64,000 nt of DNA from an uncultured Bradymonadales bacterium (GCA_964503485.1 CAZDBH010000002.1:508-64507); one strand, 5' to 3'; counted from the stretch's first letter, positions 1-11,465 are shown. The notes: generated from the letters alone by a model not told the origin. Numbers and translations: made by a program.

Positions 1-747
1 TTCAGCTGTCTCTGGGTCGAATCGCCACACGTCATTGCGAGGCTCGTAAGCCATGGAACTCAAGGATGTGTTTCCTCCAACCATCCAGAGCTGACCGCGG
101 CGCACGTCCCAGGCCATTGCAGCGTTCACGCGCGCAGATGGTTCCATCTCGCCCGACACCTCGACGGGCGACCAGGCCTCATCCTCGGCGTTGAAGCGCC
201 AGAGCGAATCGAAAATCGAGTAGGCGCCAGAGGCGCCGTCTGCCCGGTATCGTCCGCCGAACAGCCAATAGCCTCCGCCTCCGTAGGCCATCATATGGCG
301 TCCTCGAGCCTGTGGTGCGTCGCCCTCGATGAGTCGCCAGGCAGCGCACGGAACGTCGTACAACCAGGTGTCGCCGCTGAACTGGGAGGCCGGAAACCCG
401 CAATTCTCGGGTACCGACATGGAGCCACCAAACAAGAGCATCTGCTCCCGCTCGTAATCGTAGGCGACGGCGTGCTCGCTGAGGCGCTCAGGCTGCGCTT
501 CGCCAAAGGCTGCGCAGCGTTCTTCGGTCGCCTCGCACGCAAGTGCGGGCCAGTACTCGGTTTCTGACAAGACTATGTCCCCTTCGCCCGCGTCATTGGA
601 GCCGTCCGAAATGGAGTCGTCGACGGCATCCGAGCTTGCGGTGTCAGGATCCGACGAATCCGACGAGCCGTCGTCTGAAGAGCACGCTTGAAACAAAGTG
701 GCCGCACAAACAGCCCACAACACGGCAATCAAAATTCGGGTTTTCAT
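1..747 (-). CDS. Kelch-repeat (beta-propeller) lipoprotein, partial; the ORF runs off the window start. Manual minus-strand translation begins MKTRILIAVLWAVCAATLFQACSSDDGSS (lipobox LFQAC) and continues with Kelch-like GG...W..D..W repeats (LLFGG, YGGGGYWLFGG, WMVGG).
   Basis: Manual reverse-complement translation. ATG at 747..745, signal peptide plus Cys, repeated GG/W Kelch-like motifs. It is absent from the ORF track because there is no stop within the window. Confidence 0.5.
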   Translation of the reverse strand, partial: MKTRILIAVLWAVCAATLFQACSSDDGSSDSSDPDTASSDAVDDSISDGSNDAGEGDIVLSETEYWPALACEATEERCAAFGEAQPERLSEHAVAYDYEREQMLLFGGSMSVPENCGFPASQFSGDTWLYDVPCAAWRLIEGDAPQARGRHMMAYGGGGYWLFGGRYRADGASGAYSIFDSLWRFNAEDEAWSPVEVSGEMEPSARVNAAMAWDVRRGQLWMVGGNTSLSSMAYEPRNDVWRFDPETAE

Positions 748-917
748 TCACGCCTCAGAGTTCTAACTGGGTTATGCCCGTGGCCTTATAGCGAGCAATC
801 CAAGTAGATACCAGCGGATTCCACAGTTGAGGGTCTCCTTGGCGGTTTTGCCTGCCTACGTCCCCCTTCCGCTCACCGACGACTGGTGATAGAGCCAACA
901 CAGACACATCAAAGCAG

Positions 918-3185
918 GTGACGAAGCCCATGAGCATTCGCCCGAAAGACGTTCTCGAGTATCACGAGTTCCCAGCTCCTGGTAAGGTTGCGATCAAACC
1001 GACCAAACCGATGGTGACGCAACGCGATCTCTCGATCGCCTACTCGCCGGGGGTGGCAATCCCCTGCGAACACATTGCAGAGAAGCAGGGTGACGTCTAT
1101 CGCTACACGGCCAAGGGCAACCTGGTGGCTGTAGTCAGCAACGGGACCGCAGTACTGGGCTTGGGCAACATCGGGCCCCACGCCGCTAAGCCAGTGATGG
1201 AAGGCAAAGGCATCCTGTTCAAGAAATTCGCTGACATCGATGTCTTCGACATCGAGCTCGACGCGCCCGACCCCGACGACGTCATCCGTGCTGTGCAGAT
1301 GCTAGCCCCCACCTTTGGCGGCATCAACTTGGAGGACATCAAAGCCCCCGAGTGCTTCTACATCGAACGTAAGCTGCGCGAGACGTGCGACATTCCGATC
1401 TTTCACGACGACCAGCACGGCACCGCAATCATTACGGCCGCCGCCTTCATCAACGCGATGGACCTGATCGGCAAATCGATGGCAGACGTGAAAATCGTGT
1501 TTTCGGGCGCTGGAGCGGCCGCGGTTTCGTGTGCTCGTCTACTGATTCATATGGGCGCTTCGCGCGAAAACCTCATCATGTGCGACTCCCGCGGTGTTAT
1601 CTATGAAGGCCGCACCGACGGCATGAACCCCTACAAGGCCGAGTTTGCGATCGCCACCGACAACCGGACGCTCGGCGAAGCCATGGTGGGCGCCGACGCC
1701 TTCATTGGGGTCTCCGTGGCGAATCTACTGAAACCAGAAATGGTCAAGACGATGGCCGATGACCCGATTGTCTTCGCCATGGCCAACCCCGACCCGGAAA
1801 TCCGACCCGAAGACGCACACGCAGTTCGACCCGACGTGATCATGGCCACCGGCCGCAGCGACTATCCGAATCAGGTGAACAACGTGCTGGGCTTCCCCTT
1901 CATTTTTCGGGGTGCCTTGGACATTCGGGCCACCACCATCAACGAAGAGATGAAAGTGGCGGCAGTTCACGCGCTCGCGGAACTGGCTCGCGAAGATGTC
2001 CCAGAAGAGGTCAGGCGCGCATACGGTGGCAAACATTTTCGCTTCGGGCGGGACTACCTCATTCCCAAACCCTTCGACTGGCGTGTCCTGCTTTGGGTGG
2101 CACCCGCCGTTGCGAAGGCTGGAATGGACTCCGGCGTTGCCCGGGAACCGCTTCCTGACTTGGATGCCTATCGAAACAGGCTCGCCCAGCTGATCGACCC
2201 GTCCTGGCGCTTCATGGAACCCATCTACGATATCGCCTGCCAGGACCCGAAGCGAATCGTCTTCCCCGAGGGCCACCACCGGGCCATCATGAAGGCCGCC
2301 GAGTTGTGCGTGGACGAGGGCATTGCTCACCCAATTCTACTGGGCGAGGAGGCACGAATTCGCACCCTTGCCGAGGAGTTTGATATCGATCTCACCGGGG
2401 TCGAGGTTCTCGATCCACTCCAAGCGGAGGCGCTTGACGGCTACGTCGACAGCTACCTAGCCCAGCGCCAACGGAAAGGAATCACACCAGACGTCGCGTC
2501 CAAGCATATGCGCCGCAGAACCCATTTCGCGACCATGATGGTCGAGAAAGGTGACGCCGATGGCATGGTTTCAGGCTGGAACAAGGCCTATCCCGAGACC
2601 ATTCGTCCAGCTCTTCAAATCTCAGGGTTGAAGGAAGGGACCACAAAAGCCGTTGGTCTCTACATGGTAATTCAAGGACGTGAGCTGAAGTTCTTTGCCG
2701 ACACAACCGTCAACATCGATCCGGGTGCCGAGACCCTCGCCGAAATCGCAATCGCGTCGGCTGATTTTGCACAGTCGATGAAGCGAACCCCCCACGTCGC
2801 GATGCTCAGCTTCTCGAGCTTCGGAACCACTGACCACCCCGACGTCACCAAGATTCGCGAGGCGACAGAGCTCGTGAAGGAACGACGCCCAGATATCCAG
2901 GTTGACGGAGAAATGCAGGTCGATGTGGCGCTCGACAGCCAGCTCAGGGATCGGATTTTCCCCTTCTCGAGCTTGAAGGGTGAAGCAAATGTGCTGGTGT
3001 TTCCAAATCTCGCGTCTGGCAACATCGCCTACAAGCTCATGGGCAAGCTCGGCGATGCCCACTTGATAGGACCAATCCTCTTGGGACTCGACAAGCCGAT
3101 CAGCGTGCTCGAACGCCACTGCGACGTGAGGACAATCGTCAATATGACGGCTTTGACCACGATTCGTGCCCAGGGTAGATGGTGA
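918..3185 (+). CDS. maeB: NADP-dependent malic enzyme: malic enzyme N-terminal domain fused to a phosphotransacetylase-like C-terminal domain.
   Basis: 755 aa. Typical malic-enzyme N-terminus ([37 protein letters not shown]) followed by a PTA-like C-terminal half. This domain fusion is the classic MaeB architecture. Confidence 0.88.
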   Translation: MTKPMSIRPKDVLEYHEFPAPGKVAIKPTKPMVTQRDLSIAYSPGVAIPCEHIAEKQGDVYRYTAKGNLVAVVSNGTAVLGLGNIGPHAAKPVMEGKGILFKKFADIDVFDIELDAPDPDDVIRAVQMLAPTFGGINLEDIKAPECFYIERKLRETCDIPIFHDDQHGTAIITAAAFINAMDLIGKSMADVKIVFSGAGAAAVSCARLLIHMGASRENLIMCDSRGVIYEGRTDGMNPYKAEFAIATDNRTLGEAMVGADAFIGVSVANLLKPEMVKTMADDPIVFAMANPDPEIRPEDAHAVRPDVIMATGRSDYPNQVNNVLGFPFIFRGALDIRATTINEEMKVAAVHALAELAREDVPEEVRRAYGGKHFRFGRDYLIPKPFDWRVLLWVAPAVAKAGMDSGVAREPLPDLDAYRNRLAQLIDPSWRFMEPIYDIACQDPKRIVFPEGHHRAIMKAAELCVDEGIAHPILLGEEARIRTLAEEFDIDLTGVEVLDPLQAEALDGYVDSYLAQRQRKGITPDVASKHMRRRTHFATMMVEKGDADGMVSGWNKAYPETIRPALQISGLKEGTTKAVGLYMVIQGRELKFFADTTVNIDPGAETLAEIAIASADFAQSMKRTPHVAMLSFSSFGTTDHPDVTKIREATELVKERRPDIQVDGEMQVDVALDSQLRDRIFPFSSLKGEANVLVFPNLASGNIAYKLMGKLGDAHLIGPILLGLDKPISVLERHCDVRTIVNMTALTTIRAQGRW

Positions 3186-3186
3186 A

Positions 3187-4101
3187 ATGAACACTTCTTC
3201 TCTACTTGGTCCATTCGCCGATCTCCATCGCCATCTCGACGGTTCCCTTCGTCTACAGACGCTACAGGAACTCGCGGCCCAGCTGTCGATAGAGGTCCCG
3301 CAAGAGCTGTGCTTCTTCCAGGGAATGGGCCTCATGGAAGCGTTATCGCGATTTGAGGTGACCCTTTCGGTGCTTCAGACAGCGGATGCGGTGAAGCGGG
3401 TCGCCGGAGAGATCTGCGAGGACGCGATTTCAGACAACGTCACGAACCTCGAGATTCGGTTTGCCCCCCAACTCCATAAGGGGGCACCGATCGAGACCAT
3501 AGTCGACGCCGCACTCGATGGCATCGACGGCCGAGCTGGACTCATTCTGTGCGTGTTGTTCGGCGAGTCGCCCGAGGTCCCAGCGAAGCTGGTCGAGGTG
3601 GCCAGCTCCCGTTCAGGGGTAGTGGGGCTCGACTTGGCGGGGGGGCCGAGCGGTTCAGACCGTTGGGCCATGGCCGACTATGCTCAGGCGTTCGATGAGG
3701 CGCGGCAGGTGGGCATTGGACGGACCGTGCACGCCGGTGAGGGTCGCCCGCCCGAAGAGATTCGCACCGCTATCGAACTGCTGCATGCTCAGAGAATTGG
3801 CCACGGTACGACCATGCTCGATGATATGTCCGTGGTCGACCTGGTCTTGGAGCGCGACGTGACCATCGAGGCGTGTCCCACGTCGAATATGCATGTCGGC
3901 GCGATAGCGACGGTTGCCGACCATCCGATTGCCAAGTGGCTCGAGCTCGGCGTCACCGTGTGTGTGTGTCCGGACAATACCCTTCTGTCCGATGTCACAT
4001 CCAGCCAGGAACACCAGCGGGTCGCCAGGATTCAAGGAATCGAAGCGGAGCAGATGGCGCGCATTATCGAAGCTGGCCATCGGGGCATATTCTCGAGGTA
4101 G
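3187..4101 (+). CDS. Adenosine/adenine deaminase family metallo-amidohydrolase.
   Basis: HRHLDGS Zn-binding H-x-H motif near the N-terminus, TVHAGE and RIGHG motifs typical of the ADA family. The ATG lies 1 nt after the maeB stop (tgaaATG). At ~305 aa it is shorter than E. coli Add. Confidence 0.68.
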   Translation: MNTSSLLGPFADLHRHLDGSLRLQTLQELAAQLSIEVPQELCFFQGMGLMEALSRFEVTLSVLQTADAVKRVAGEICEDAISDNVTNLEIRFAPQLHKGAPIETIVDAALDGIDGRAGLILCVLFGESPEVPAKLVEVASSRSGVVGLDLAGGPSGSDRWAMADYAQAFDEARQVGIGRTVHAGEGRPPEEIRTAIELLHAQRIGHGTTMLDDMSVVDLVLERDVTIEACPTSNMHVGAIATVADHPIAKWLELGVTVCVCPDNTLLSDVTSSQEHQRVARIQGIEAEQMARIIEAGHRGIFSR

Positions 4102-4140
4102 GGCGGCCAGCTCTTCCACTGAGCGGTTGCCTGTGGCAGC

Positions 4141-4983
4141 TTGACGGGCATGGACGATTCGCCTCCAACCCTTCTGACGATCGCGGGAACCTCTCCGACG
4201 CTGGGTGCCGGTGTTGGAGCCGATGTCCAGGTCTTCAGAGATTTTGGCTACGAGCCCTTGTGGGTTCCGACCGTCCTGCTAGACCAAGACACGAGAACGG
4301 TTCGTTCGAGACAGAGCGTCGACCCGGGCTGGCTCACCGGGACCATTAGTACCGCCGTGCGGGTTGGCCAGCCCAAAGCAATCAAAATCGGCCTTCTGCC
4401 AAGCCCAGCCACCGTTGACGCTGTACTCACGGGACTCGGAAGCGTACCGCGGGATACCCCGATCGTGTTGGACCCGGTTTTGTCGACGGGATCGGGCGTG
4501 TCGTTGCACGAGGATGGGCTCGTGCACTGCCTTCGGGACACGTTGCTGAAAAGAGTGGCGCTGCTCACACCGAACATACCTGAGGCTGAAGCTCTGACGG
4601 GCCGTTCGATAAAGACCCTCGCAGAAGCAGAATCAGCGGCGGCTGCCCTTGTAGAGAGAGGGGCTCGAGCAGTGCTACTCAAAGGCGGGCATCTGCCAGA
4701 TGCGCCGGGCGATGTGCTGGCCACACCCGATAGTACTCGGGTTTTGAGCAACGATGCCCAGTTCGGGGTGGATGTACACGGGACCGGATGTCACCTCAGC
4801 AGCGCGCTTGCAGCGTTGCTCGCCCAGGGGCACGACATCGACACGGCATGTCGCAGGGCGCGCAGATATCTGGTCTTTTGTGTCTCTCTGGCGCGCTGCC
4901 TTCCAGGCGGAGGGCGCCCAATCATTCCACACAATGACGAGACCCAAAGCGTAGCCCGAAACTTGCGGTTCGAGATTCGATAA
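4141..4983 (+). CDS. Hydroxymethylpyrimidine/phosphomethylpyrimidine kinase (ThiD) / pyridoxal kinase family, ribokinase-like fold.
   Basis: N-terminal LTIAGTSPTLGAGVGADVQVF matches the ThiD/PdxK signature (TIAGSD..GGAGIQAD). Length 280 aa. Confidence 0.6.
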   Translation: MTGMDDSPPTLLTIAGTSPTLGAGVGADVQVFRDFGYEPLWVPTVLLDQDTRTVRSRQSVDPGWLTGTISTAVRVGQPKAIKIGLLPSPATVDAVLTGLGSVPRDTPIVLDPVLSTGSGVSLHEDGLVHCLRDTLLKRVALLTPNIPEAEALTGRSIKTLAEAESAAAALVERGARAVLLKGGHLPDAPGDVLATPDSTRVLSNDAQFGVDVHGTGCHLSSALAALLAQGHDIDTACRRARRYLVFCVSLARCLPGGGRPIIPHNDETQSVARNLRFEIR

Positions 4984-5010
4984 AACCGGTTGAACAAGGG
5001 AGCAGGAACC

Positions 5011-6285
5011 ATGACGAAGCGAGCTCACAGCAGTGGAAACCGGCCCTTCAACGCAGAAACGCTTGCGCTTGGGTACGGCTATGACCCCGCACTTTCACAG
5101 GGCTCGCTGAAGCCCCCAGTTTTTTTGACGTCCACCTTCGAGTTCACCTCGGCGCAGGAGGGGAAGCAGTTCTTCGAGTTGGCCTACGGACTGCGCGAGC
5201 CCGCTGACGGAGAAGAGATCGGCCTGATCTACAGTCGACTCAACAACCCGAACCTACAGATTTTTGAAGAGCGGATGGCGGTTTGGGACCACACCGAAAC
5301 CGGGGCGACGTTTGCCTCGGGCATGGCCGCGATCTCGACCACGGTTTTGGGGTTGTTGAGACCCGGAGACGTACTCATCTCGACCACGCCGGTCTATGGA
5401 GGGACTCACTACCTCTTTGAGCACATTCTACCGAGCTTCGGAATTCGGGTGTGCTGGGTCCCAGCGGGAGACGACGCCGCCGATGCCATGCGCCTTGCCG
5501 CCGACGAGGCTGGCGCGGACAAGGTCAGGTTGTTGTATCTCGAGACTCCAGCCAACCCGAGCAATGTTCACACTGACATCCAGGCGGTGAGCAATCTGGC
5601 GAAGGAACTCAGGGATGCCCACGGATCGCCGGTCTACACAGCCGTCGACAACACGTTCTTGGGCCCAGTTTTCCAACGTCCAGCCGACTTTGGGGCAGAC
5701 CTGGTGATTTGCTCAGCCACCAAATTTCTCGGCGGCCACAGCGATCTCATCGCGGGTGTGGTGACCGGCTCCAAAGAGCTTATTCACAACTTGCTCGACG
5801 TGCGAACCATCCTCGGGACGATGACAACGCCGTTCAACGGGTGGCTGCTGTTGCGCTCACTCGAGACGGTGTCAGTCAGAATGCGCCGCCAAGCCAAAAG
5901 CGCCCGAATTTTGGCTAAGCGTCTGAAGGAACATCCCAAGGTCAACTCGGTGAGCTTCCCCGGCTTGTTGTGCGAGGGGGATCCCCAATACGACCTCTGG
6001 AAGCGGCAATGTACAGGTACTGGCTCCCTCATTTCTTTTGAAGTCGAGGGGGGCGAAGAGGCCGCATTCAAGGTGCTCGACTCGTTCGAGGTGTTCAGGC
6101 TTGCGGTCTCACTGGGTGGAACCGAAAGCCTGGTCGAGCATCCGATGGCGATGACCCACGCCGATGTACCGCCCGAGCAGCTCGAAGCGCTCGGCGTATC
6201 CCCTGGGTTGATTCGGATGTCGGTCGGACTGGAGCACCTTTCTGACCTCAAACGGGACCTGAGTCACGCCTTGTCGGTCTTATAG
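5011..6285 (+). CDS. PLP-dependent Cys/Met-metabolism enzyme (O-acetylhomoserine sulfhydrylase / cystathionine gamma-synthase / methionine gamma-lyase family).
   Basis: [20 protein letters not shown]-lysine motif. ~425 aa. RBS gggagcagg lies upstream of the ATG at 5011 (the track ORF starts at a TTG at 4990). Confidence 0.75.
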   Translation: MTKRAHSSGNRPFNAETLALGYGYDPALSQGSLKPPVFLTSTFEFTSAQEGKQFFELAYGLREPADGEEIGLIYSRLNNPNLQIFEERMAVWDHTETGATFASGMAAISTTVLGLLRPGDVLISTTPVYGGTHYLFEHILPSFGIRVCWVPAGDDAADAMRLAADEAGADKVRLLYLETPANPSNVHTDIQAVSNLAKELRDAHGSPVYTAVDNTFLGPVFQRPADFGADLVICSATKFLGGHSDLIAGVVTGSKELIHNLLDVRTILGTMTTPFNGWLLLRSLETVSVRMRRQAKSARILAKRLKEHPKVNSVSFPGLLCEGDPQYDLWKRQCTGTGSLISFEVEGGEEAAFKVLDSFEVFRLAVSLGGTESLVEHPMAMTHADVPPEQLEALGVSPGLIRMSVGLEHLSDLKRDLSHALSVL

Positions 6286-6386
6286 GCTGGAGGCCCGGTG
6301 GCTGGAGGCCCTGATCGACCAGTTTTTCAACATCCCTTCCAATTGAACTGGATGATCGCTATGATGCCGTCGGACCTGGGATACGA

Positions 6387-7559
6387 GTGAGAACGATTGT
6401 GGCTGACAAGTGGATTCTAAGGAATGCGATCGCCTCGTTGGGCGCCTGTTTACTCATCTTCGGAGGCTGCGGAGGTGACACAGCGGGCTCGACAAACCGA
6501 GACGCTTCTGTGGTTGGCGGCGACCAAGGAAGCGACATCGCGTTCTTTGATGGACCGCAGGACACAGGCGACGCGGCAGATGCGGGAGACACCGCGCCAG
6601 ATATAGTGGACCCCGACGAGAGTTTCGAAGATCAGGCAACTGATACCGTCGAGGAGACCTCTGCCGATGTGATCGAAGATTCGGCAGATCTCGGTGAGGA
6701 TGATCTTGGCGAGGACTCGGACCTAGTTGACCTCTACGATGGGTTTGACAGCTTCGATGGAGATGACCTCTGGGATTGGTGGGACGGTGGCGACTGGGAC
6801 GACTGGGACGCGGACGAGGAGGTCGATTCGGGTGGCCCGGGTACGATCAGTATCTACCTGGCAGGCGATCTCACCGAGCGAAGCTTTGAGGCTGGGACGT
6901 CAGGACAAACGCCACGCGACTATTTCATCGCACTCAGCACATACTACATCCTGACCAATGCAGAGGACTCCGACCCTGACCTGTGCTTCGATCACGGCGA
7001 GGACCCGGTGGTTGCGAATATTCATCGTGACAACTTCATGGGGGCCTGCGACACGTCGTCGATTCCGAGCGCGACATACACTCACGGGCGCGTCAAAGTC
7101 GATTGGGTTCGCTACACGGTGGACGGCACGCTACAGACCGGAGCCGCGATTCCCGGCCAATTCGAGTTCTTTCGGGCCTTTTCAGACACGGAATACGAGG
7201 AAGAGGAGTACGAACCGGGCGAAGGGTACGTCGAGTTTTCGACCATCGGCTATTCGGCCAAATTCCCGTTCACATTCCCTCCGCTCGAGGACCCAGAGGG
7301 TGGGGACTTCGACCTGGATGAAGAGGGCAACTTCTGGATGACGTTCCCCTATGGCAGGCCGTTGCCCATCGTATCCGAAAGCGAGGGTGAGCACTGGGCC
7401 CGCTTCCATTGGGAGATTTTCGAGGGGTTTCGCTGGGTGGACTTGAGGTCGCTCGGGTTCGTTGCAGGAGTCTGGGACACCACGCCAAACTACACGTCGG
7501 GCGAGCAAGTCGTCGTCCCAGGTGTAACGGGATACTACGTAACGACGTCGATCGACTGA
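6387..7559 (+). CDS. Hypothetical secreted lipoprotein with a very acidic D/E/W-rich N-terminal region.
   Basis: Signal peptide with lipobox (LLIFGGCGGD). Long Asp-rich low-complexity stretch (DDLWDWWDGGDWDDWDADEE). No recognisable catalytic motif. Confidence 0.45.
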   Translation: MRTIVADKWILRNAIASLGACLLIFGGCGGDTAGSTNRDASVVGGDQGSDIAFFDGPQDTGDAADAGDTAPDIVDPDESFEDQATDTVEETSADVIEDSADLGEDDLGEDSDLVDLYDGFDSFDGDDLWDWWDGGDWDDWDADEEVDSGGPGTISIYLAGDLTERSFEAGTSGQTPRDYFIALSTYYILTNAEDSDPDLCFDHGEDPVVANIHRDNFMGACDTSSIPSATYTHGRVKVDWVRYTVDGTLQTGAAIPGQFEFFRAFSDTEYEEEEYEPGEGYVEFSTIGYSAKFPFTFPPLEDPEGGDFDLDEEGNFWMTFPYGRPLPIVSESEGEHWARFHWEIFEGFRWVDLRSLGFVAGVWDTTPNYTSGEQVVVPGVTGYYVTTSID

Positions 7560-7586
7560 AACAGCCTCTAGCCCGCCAACTAGCGC

Positions 7587-8504
7587 TTGCATCGATCGAG
7601 TTTGTCGGATATTGCCTCACGGGTGACTGATCGTTCTCCACAGTCCCGTTTCGGGCAGAAATCGCCCGCGCAGCGAACCAACCTGGAACCAGAGGCTGGC
7701 GACACGCTGAGGATATTCCACACGGAACTCACGTTCGCGCAGACCATGCGAAGGCCAACTGTGTGGACAGTGGGCCTTCTGGTGGCGATTGGAGTCGTGT
7801 ATGGGCTCATCGTTTTGGCCCAGGCGCTCATGAACGACTCGCTCAGTCTTCCTTCGATCCAATACATGGAAGTCGCCATTCTGGGGGCGAAAAACAACGA
7901 GGGGATCGAGGACGGCCAGATTTGGCGGTTGGGTACGAGTATTCTCCTGCACGCGAACCTCGTGCACTTGCTGATCAATGGGTACGCCCTCTGGGTTTTG
8001 GGTCGAATCCTCGAGAAACTATACGGCCCGAGACGCTTTGCAATCGTGTTCTTCTTTTCTGGCTTCGCTGGCGCATTGGCGAGTTTTGCCTTCATGGATC
8101 AGAACTCTGTGGGGGCCAGCGGGGCAATCTTCGGGCTGTTGGGTGCGGCTGTGGTGTTCGGATTCCGCTTCAAGGCAGAACTCCCTCCCCGGGTACGGCG
8201 CGCGCTCACGGTCGGTTTGCTGCCATGGGTGGCGATCAATCTGGCTATTGGGTTCAGCTGGAAGGGAATCGACAACGCTGCCCATCTCGGTGGACTAGTC
8301 GGAGGAGGGGTGGTGGCCCTGTTTCTGGGTTCTGCCCTGTCGGGACGAGAAACGAAGGCGGCGCGCGGGCTACAATTGGCTATCCTTGCGGGCTGTCTGT
8401 GTTATATGGGATGGAGCGTCTACTCGGGGATCAGCTATGGCGCTGGCTGCGCCGCCTCCGAGGCTGACTTGGTTCAATGTTGGGAGCTTCTGGTAAAAAG
8501 GTAG
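7587..8504 (+). CDS. Rhomboid-family intramembrane serine protease.
   Basis: Multi-TM protein with the rhomboid GASGAIFGLLGA (GxSG) motif and a downstream AAHLGGLVGG His-containing helix. The start may be an internal Met (MRRPTVW). Confidence 0.75.
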   Translation: MHRSSLSDIASRVTDRSPQSRFGQKSPAQRTNLEPEAGDTLRIFHTELTFAQTMRRPTVWTVGLLVAIGVVYGLIVLAQALMNDSLSLPSIQYMEVAILGAKNNEGIEDGQIWRLGTSILLHANLVHLLINGYALWVLGRILEKLYGPRRFAIVFFFSGFAGALASFAFMDQNSVGASGAIFGLLGAAVVFGFRFKAELPPRVRRALTVGLLPWVAINLAIGFSWKGIDNAAHLGGLVGGGVVALFLGSALSGRETKAARGLQLAILAGCLCYMGWSVYSGISYGAGCAASEADLVQCWELLVKR

Positions 8505-8542
8505 ACGCTCCGGGCACCGGAGCACCATTGGAGCTGTAAGAA

Positions 8543-9856
8543 ATGAAAATCTGCGTTGTTGGTACAGGGTATGTTGGTTTAGTCGTCGGGTGTTGTGTGG
8601 CCGGATCCGGTAATCACGTGATCTGGTCGGATCTGGAGGAGGACAATGTGGCTCGGGTGAAGGATGGACAGTGTCCGATCTACGAACCAGGTCTCGAAGA
8701 GATCTTGCGCAACAACTTCGCGGCCGGACGACTCGAGTTCACCACGGATGTCGGTCGCGGTGTCCGAGAGTCCGATGTTGTGTTCGTGGCGGTCGGCACG
8801 CCCCAGGGTGAGGACGGATCGGCCGACCTCCAGCACGTCGAAGCCGTGGCCCGAACGATCGCAGCCAACCTCAATGACTACAAGGTGGTCGTGTGCAAGA
8901 GCACGGTGCCGGTGGGTACCTGTGATCGCGTGCGCGAGATTATCTCGGAAAGCGCACAACATCCCTTCGACGTCGTCAGCAACCCCGAGTTCCTCAAAGA
9001 GGGGCATGCGGTTGAGGATTTCTTGCGCCCCAACCGGATCATCGTCGGCACGAACTCCGCCCGCGCCCGTGAAATGATGGAGCGGGTCTACGCGCCCTTC
9101 AATCGAACCAGTAATCGCATGGTCTTCATGGACGTTCGGAGCAGCGAGATGACCAAGTACGCTGCGAACGCGATGCTGGCGACCCGTATCAGCTTCATGA
9201 ACGAGATTGCCGGGTTATGCGATGCCGTGGGAGCAGATGTCGAGCTCGTTAGGCGCGGGATTGGTAGCGATCCCCGTATTGGTCCCAAGTTCATCTTCCC
9301 CGGCACTGGCTTTGGTGGTTCGTGCTTTCCGAAGGACCTTCGGGCGCTGATCGGGACGGGCAAAGAGAACGGCCACCAGCTGACCATTCTGGAGTCTGTG
9401 GTCGCAGTGAACCAGAGGCAGAAGACGACGCTCATCACGCGCTTTGTTGAACACTTCAACGGCAACACGAAGGGACTCAAGGTCGCAATCTGGGGCCTCG
9501 CCTTCAAGCCCCGAACCGATGATATTCGCGAAGCACCGGCCCTACAGATCATCGATAAGCTGCTCGAGCTCGGTGTGGAGGTGTGCGCCACCGACCCAGT
9601 GGCTATCGAGAACACCCAACAGATCTTCGGCGATCGCGTTCGCTGGAGCGGGAACGAGTACGCCGCTCTCGAAGGCGCTGATGCGCTCTTCATCGTCACC
9701 GAGTGGAATTCGTACCGGCAACCGGATTTCGAGAGAATGAAGGAGCTGCTGGCCCAGCCAGTAATCTTCGACGGTCGCAATCTCTACGACTTGGACCGAA
9801 TCCGTGATCGAGGCTTCTCGTACTACGCAATCGGCCGCCCGGTCGTAAACAGCTGA
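8543..9856 (+). CDS. ugd: UDP-glucose 6-dehydrogenase.
   Basis: MKICVVGTGYVGLV Rossmann N-terminus, catalytic GFGGSCFPKD motif, 437 aa. Confidence 0.9.
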   Translation: MKICVVGTGYVGLVVGCCVAGSGNHVIWSDLEEDNVARVKDGQCPIYEPGLEEILRNNFAAGRLEFTTDVGRGVRESDVVFVAVGTPQGEDGSADLQHVEAVARTIAANLNDYKVVVCKSTVPVGTCDRVREIISESAQHPFDVVSNPEFLKEGHAVEDFLRPNRIIVGTNSARAREMMERVYAPFNRTSNRMVFMDVRSSEMTKYAANAMLATRISFMNEIAGLCDAVGADVELVRRGIGSDPRIGPKFIFPGTGFGGSCFPKDLRALIGTGKENGHQLTILESVVAVNQRQKTTLITRFVEHFNGNTKGLKVAIWGLAFKPRTDDIREAPALQIIDKLLELGVEVCATDPVAIENTQQIFGDRVRWSGNEYAALEGADALFIVTEWNSYRQPDFERMKELLAQPVIFDGRNLYDLDRIRDRGFSYYAIGRPVVNS

Positions 9857-9874
9857 CGGCCCCGCTCGACCTGC

Positions 9875-11353
9875 TCACAGATCGAATCGTGCTCCAACTC
9901 CGATGCCCCAGTCATCCACCGGTTCATAGGTGCCGTCCTCTTGTGCTGCGAAGCGTCGGGAGAACTGACCGATCACGTAGAGCGGGCCGTAAACGCCGAC
10001 GCGCGCCTCACTGACAAGCAGCGCGTTGTCGAGGTCGAAGAACTCACCGACGCCATCGAAGTTCTGGTTCACATAGTAGGCGCCGATATCGACAGGTCCC
10101 AGCCCGGCAAGAGCGAGGCGGGCAAAGAAGCTCGAGTTGTCGTCGCCTTCGTAGTCCTCGTAGCCGGCTGTGATGAAGATCATCCCCAGAATGCCCAGCG
10201 TACCCTCGCCGTACCAACCAATTCGAGACTCAGGTGGTGAGTTGAGGAGGACCTGAAGTTTCGGGCGTCGCTGCCCAGTCGGATCCAGGGGTTGGAACAG
10301 GAGTCGCTCCAACTCGTACAGCGAGTCGAAATAGCCTGCGTAGTACCCCTCACCCAATACGCGAAATTCGAGCCGGGTATTGAGCGCCACAGCGTCGGTA
10401 AACGAGAAGTTGGCCAGGTTCCCGATGTGCAGTCCTGTGCCGTGCCCAAGGTGGACGTTGACGTCCGTGTACGGGGTCAGGCTCACGAATTCATTGGTGA
10501 AGGCCTGCAATTCTACATCGAAGCCCAGAACGCCGGTTCCCTCGTCCTCAGCGACCACCAGGTTCTGCTCGTCGTCCACGACGTAGGTCCCGTCTGTGGC
10601 CTGGGCAAGGGTACGTGGGGCCGCTGTGTCGCCGATTAGCGAGATACCGAAGGCCAAGTTTGTCAGGTAACTCTCAGGATCGATGAAGTGCCACGGTCGT
10701 ACGAATAGTCGGAGGCCCATGAGATCGGGATCGACGATGTTATCTAGAAGAACTTCACCGCCTCCGAAATTGAGATTGACCGCGCCGGTGAGTCCCCACT
10801 GGAAGTGATTCACGTCGATCACGTTGTTGTAGCCAGAGACGATTGTGCCGTGCCCGATCACGACGCTGGCAAGCTCGCCCGCTCGTCCGTAGAAGGTGTC
10901 TCCGCGGGAGCCATACTGGATATAGCGAAGGACTCGGAGGTAGTCGCTCGGCTCGTCCCAGTCCTGGGACCGAATGACCCCGTCGTCTTCAGGTGGATCA
11001 TCAATGACCCGAAAGCGTAGGGGCACGAGGACGCCGAGCTCGAGTTTGCCGATACCGAAGCTAAAGCCCAGATTGGTGTCGATGAAGCTATCTTCGGCGA
11101 TTTGGCTAAAGCCGACTCCCAGGTCCAAGCTCATCGAAGTCGCATCCTGCGGTTCGGTGAGTTCGCCTACGCCGGGTACATCCGCATCAGAATCCTGAGC
11201 AAGGGCTGGGGCCGACGAGAGGACTGTTGAGAGCAAAATCGAGACCGAGGCCAAATGAAAAACTGTGCGCTGCACCGTAAACTCCTTCCCTCTGGGGGAT
11301 GTCCAGAGCGATTCTTCCAGATTCTTTGCGACGACGCCAAAATCGCGCAGCAA
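9875..11353 (-). CDS. Hypothetical secreted / outer-membrane protein (predicted beta-barrel-like).
   Basis: Internal signal peptide (SVSILLSTVLSSAPALAQD), so the true start is probably downstream of the track Met. Alternating amphipathic strands, aromatic-rich C-terminus. No functional motif recognised. Confidence 0.4.
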   Translation of the reverse strand: MLRDFGVVAKNLEESLWTSPRGKEFTVQRTVFHLASVSILLSTVLSSAPALAQDSDADVPGVGELTEPQDATSMSLDLGVGFSQIAEDSFIDTNLGFSFGIGKLELGVLVPLRFRVIDDPPEDDGVIRSQDWDEPSDYLRVLRYIQYGSRGDTFYGRAGELASVVIGHGTIVSGYNNVIDVNHFQWGLTGAVNLNFGGGEVLLDNIVDPDLMGLRLFVRPWHFIDPESYLTNLAFGISLIGDTAAPRTLAQATDGTYVVDDEQNLVVAEDEGTGVLGFDVELQAFTNEFVSLTPYTDVNVHLGHGTGLHIGNLANFSFTDAVALNTRLEFRVLGEGYYAGYFDSLYELERLLFQPLDPTGQRRPKLQVLLNSPPESRIGWYGEGTLGILGMIFITAGYEDYEGDDNSSFFARLALAGLGPVDIGAYYVNQNFDGVGEFFDLDNALLVSEARVGVYGPLYVIGQFSRRFAAQEDGTYEPVDDWGIGVGARFDL

Positions 11354-11465
11354 AGGGCCCGAATTAGAACTGCGACGGCCTTCAAATCAATAACGAACGG
11401 GGAAACACCTCACTTTGACGTTCACACGCATTGAGGAATTCACAAAATGAGCACACAATCCGCCG

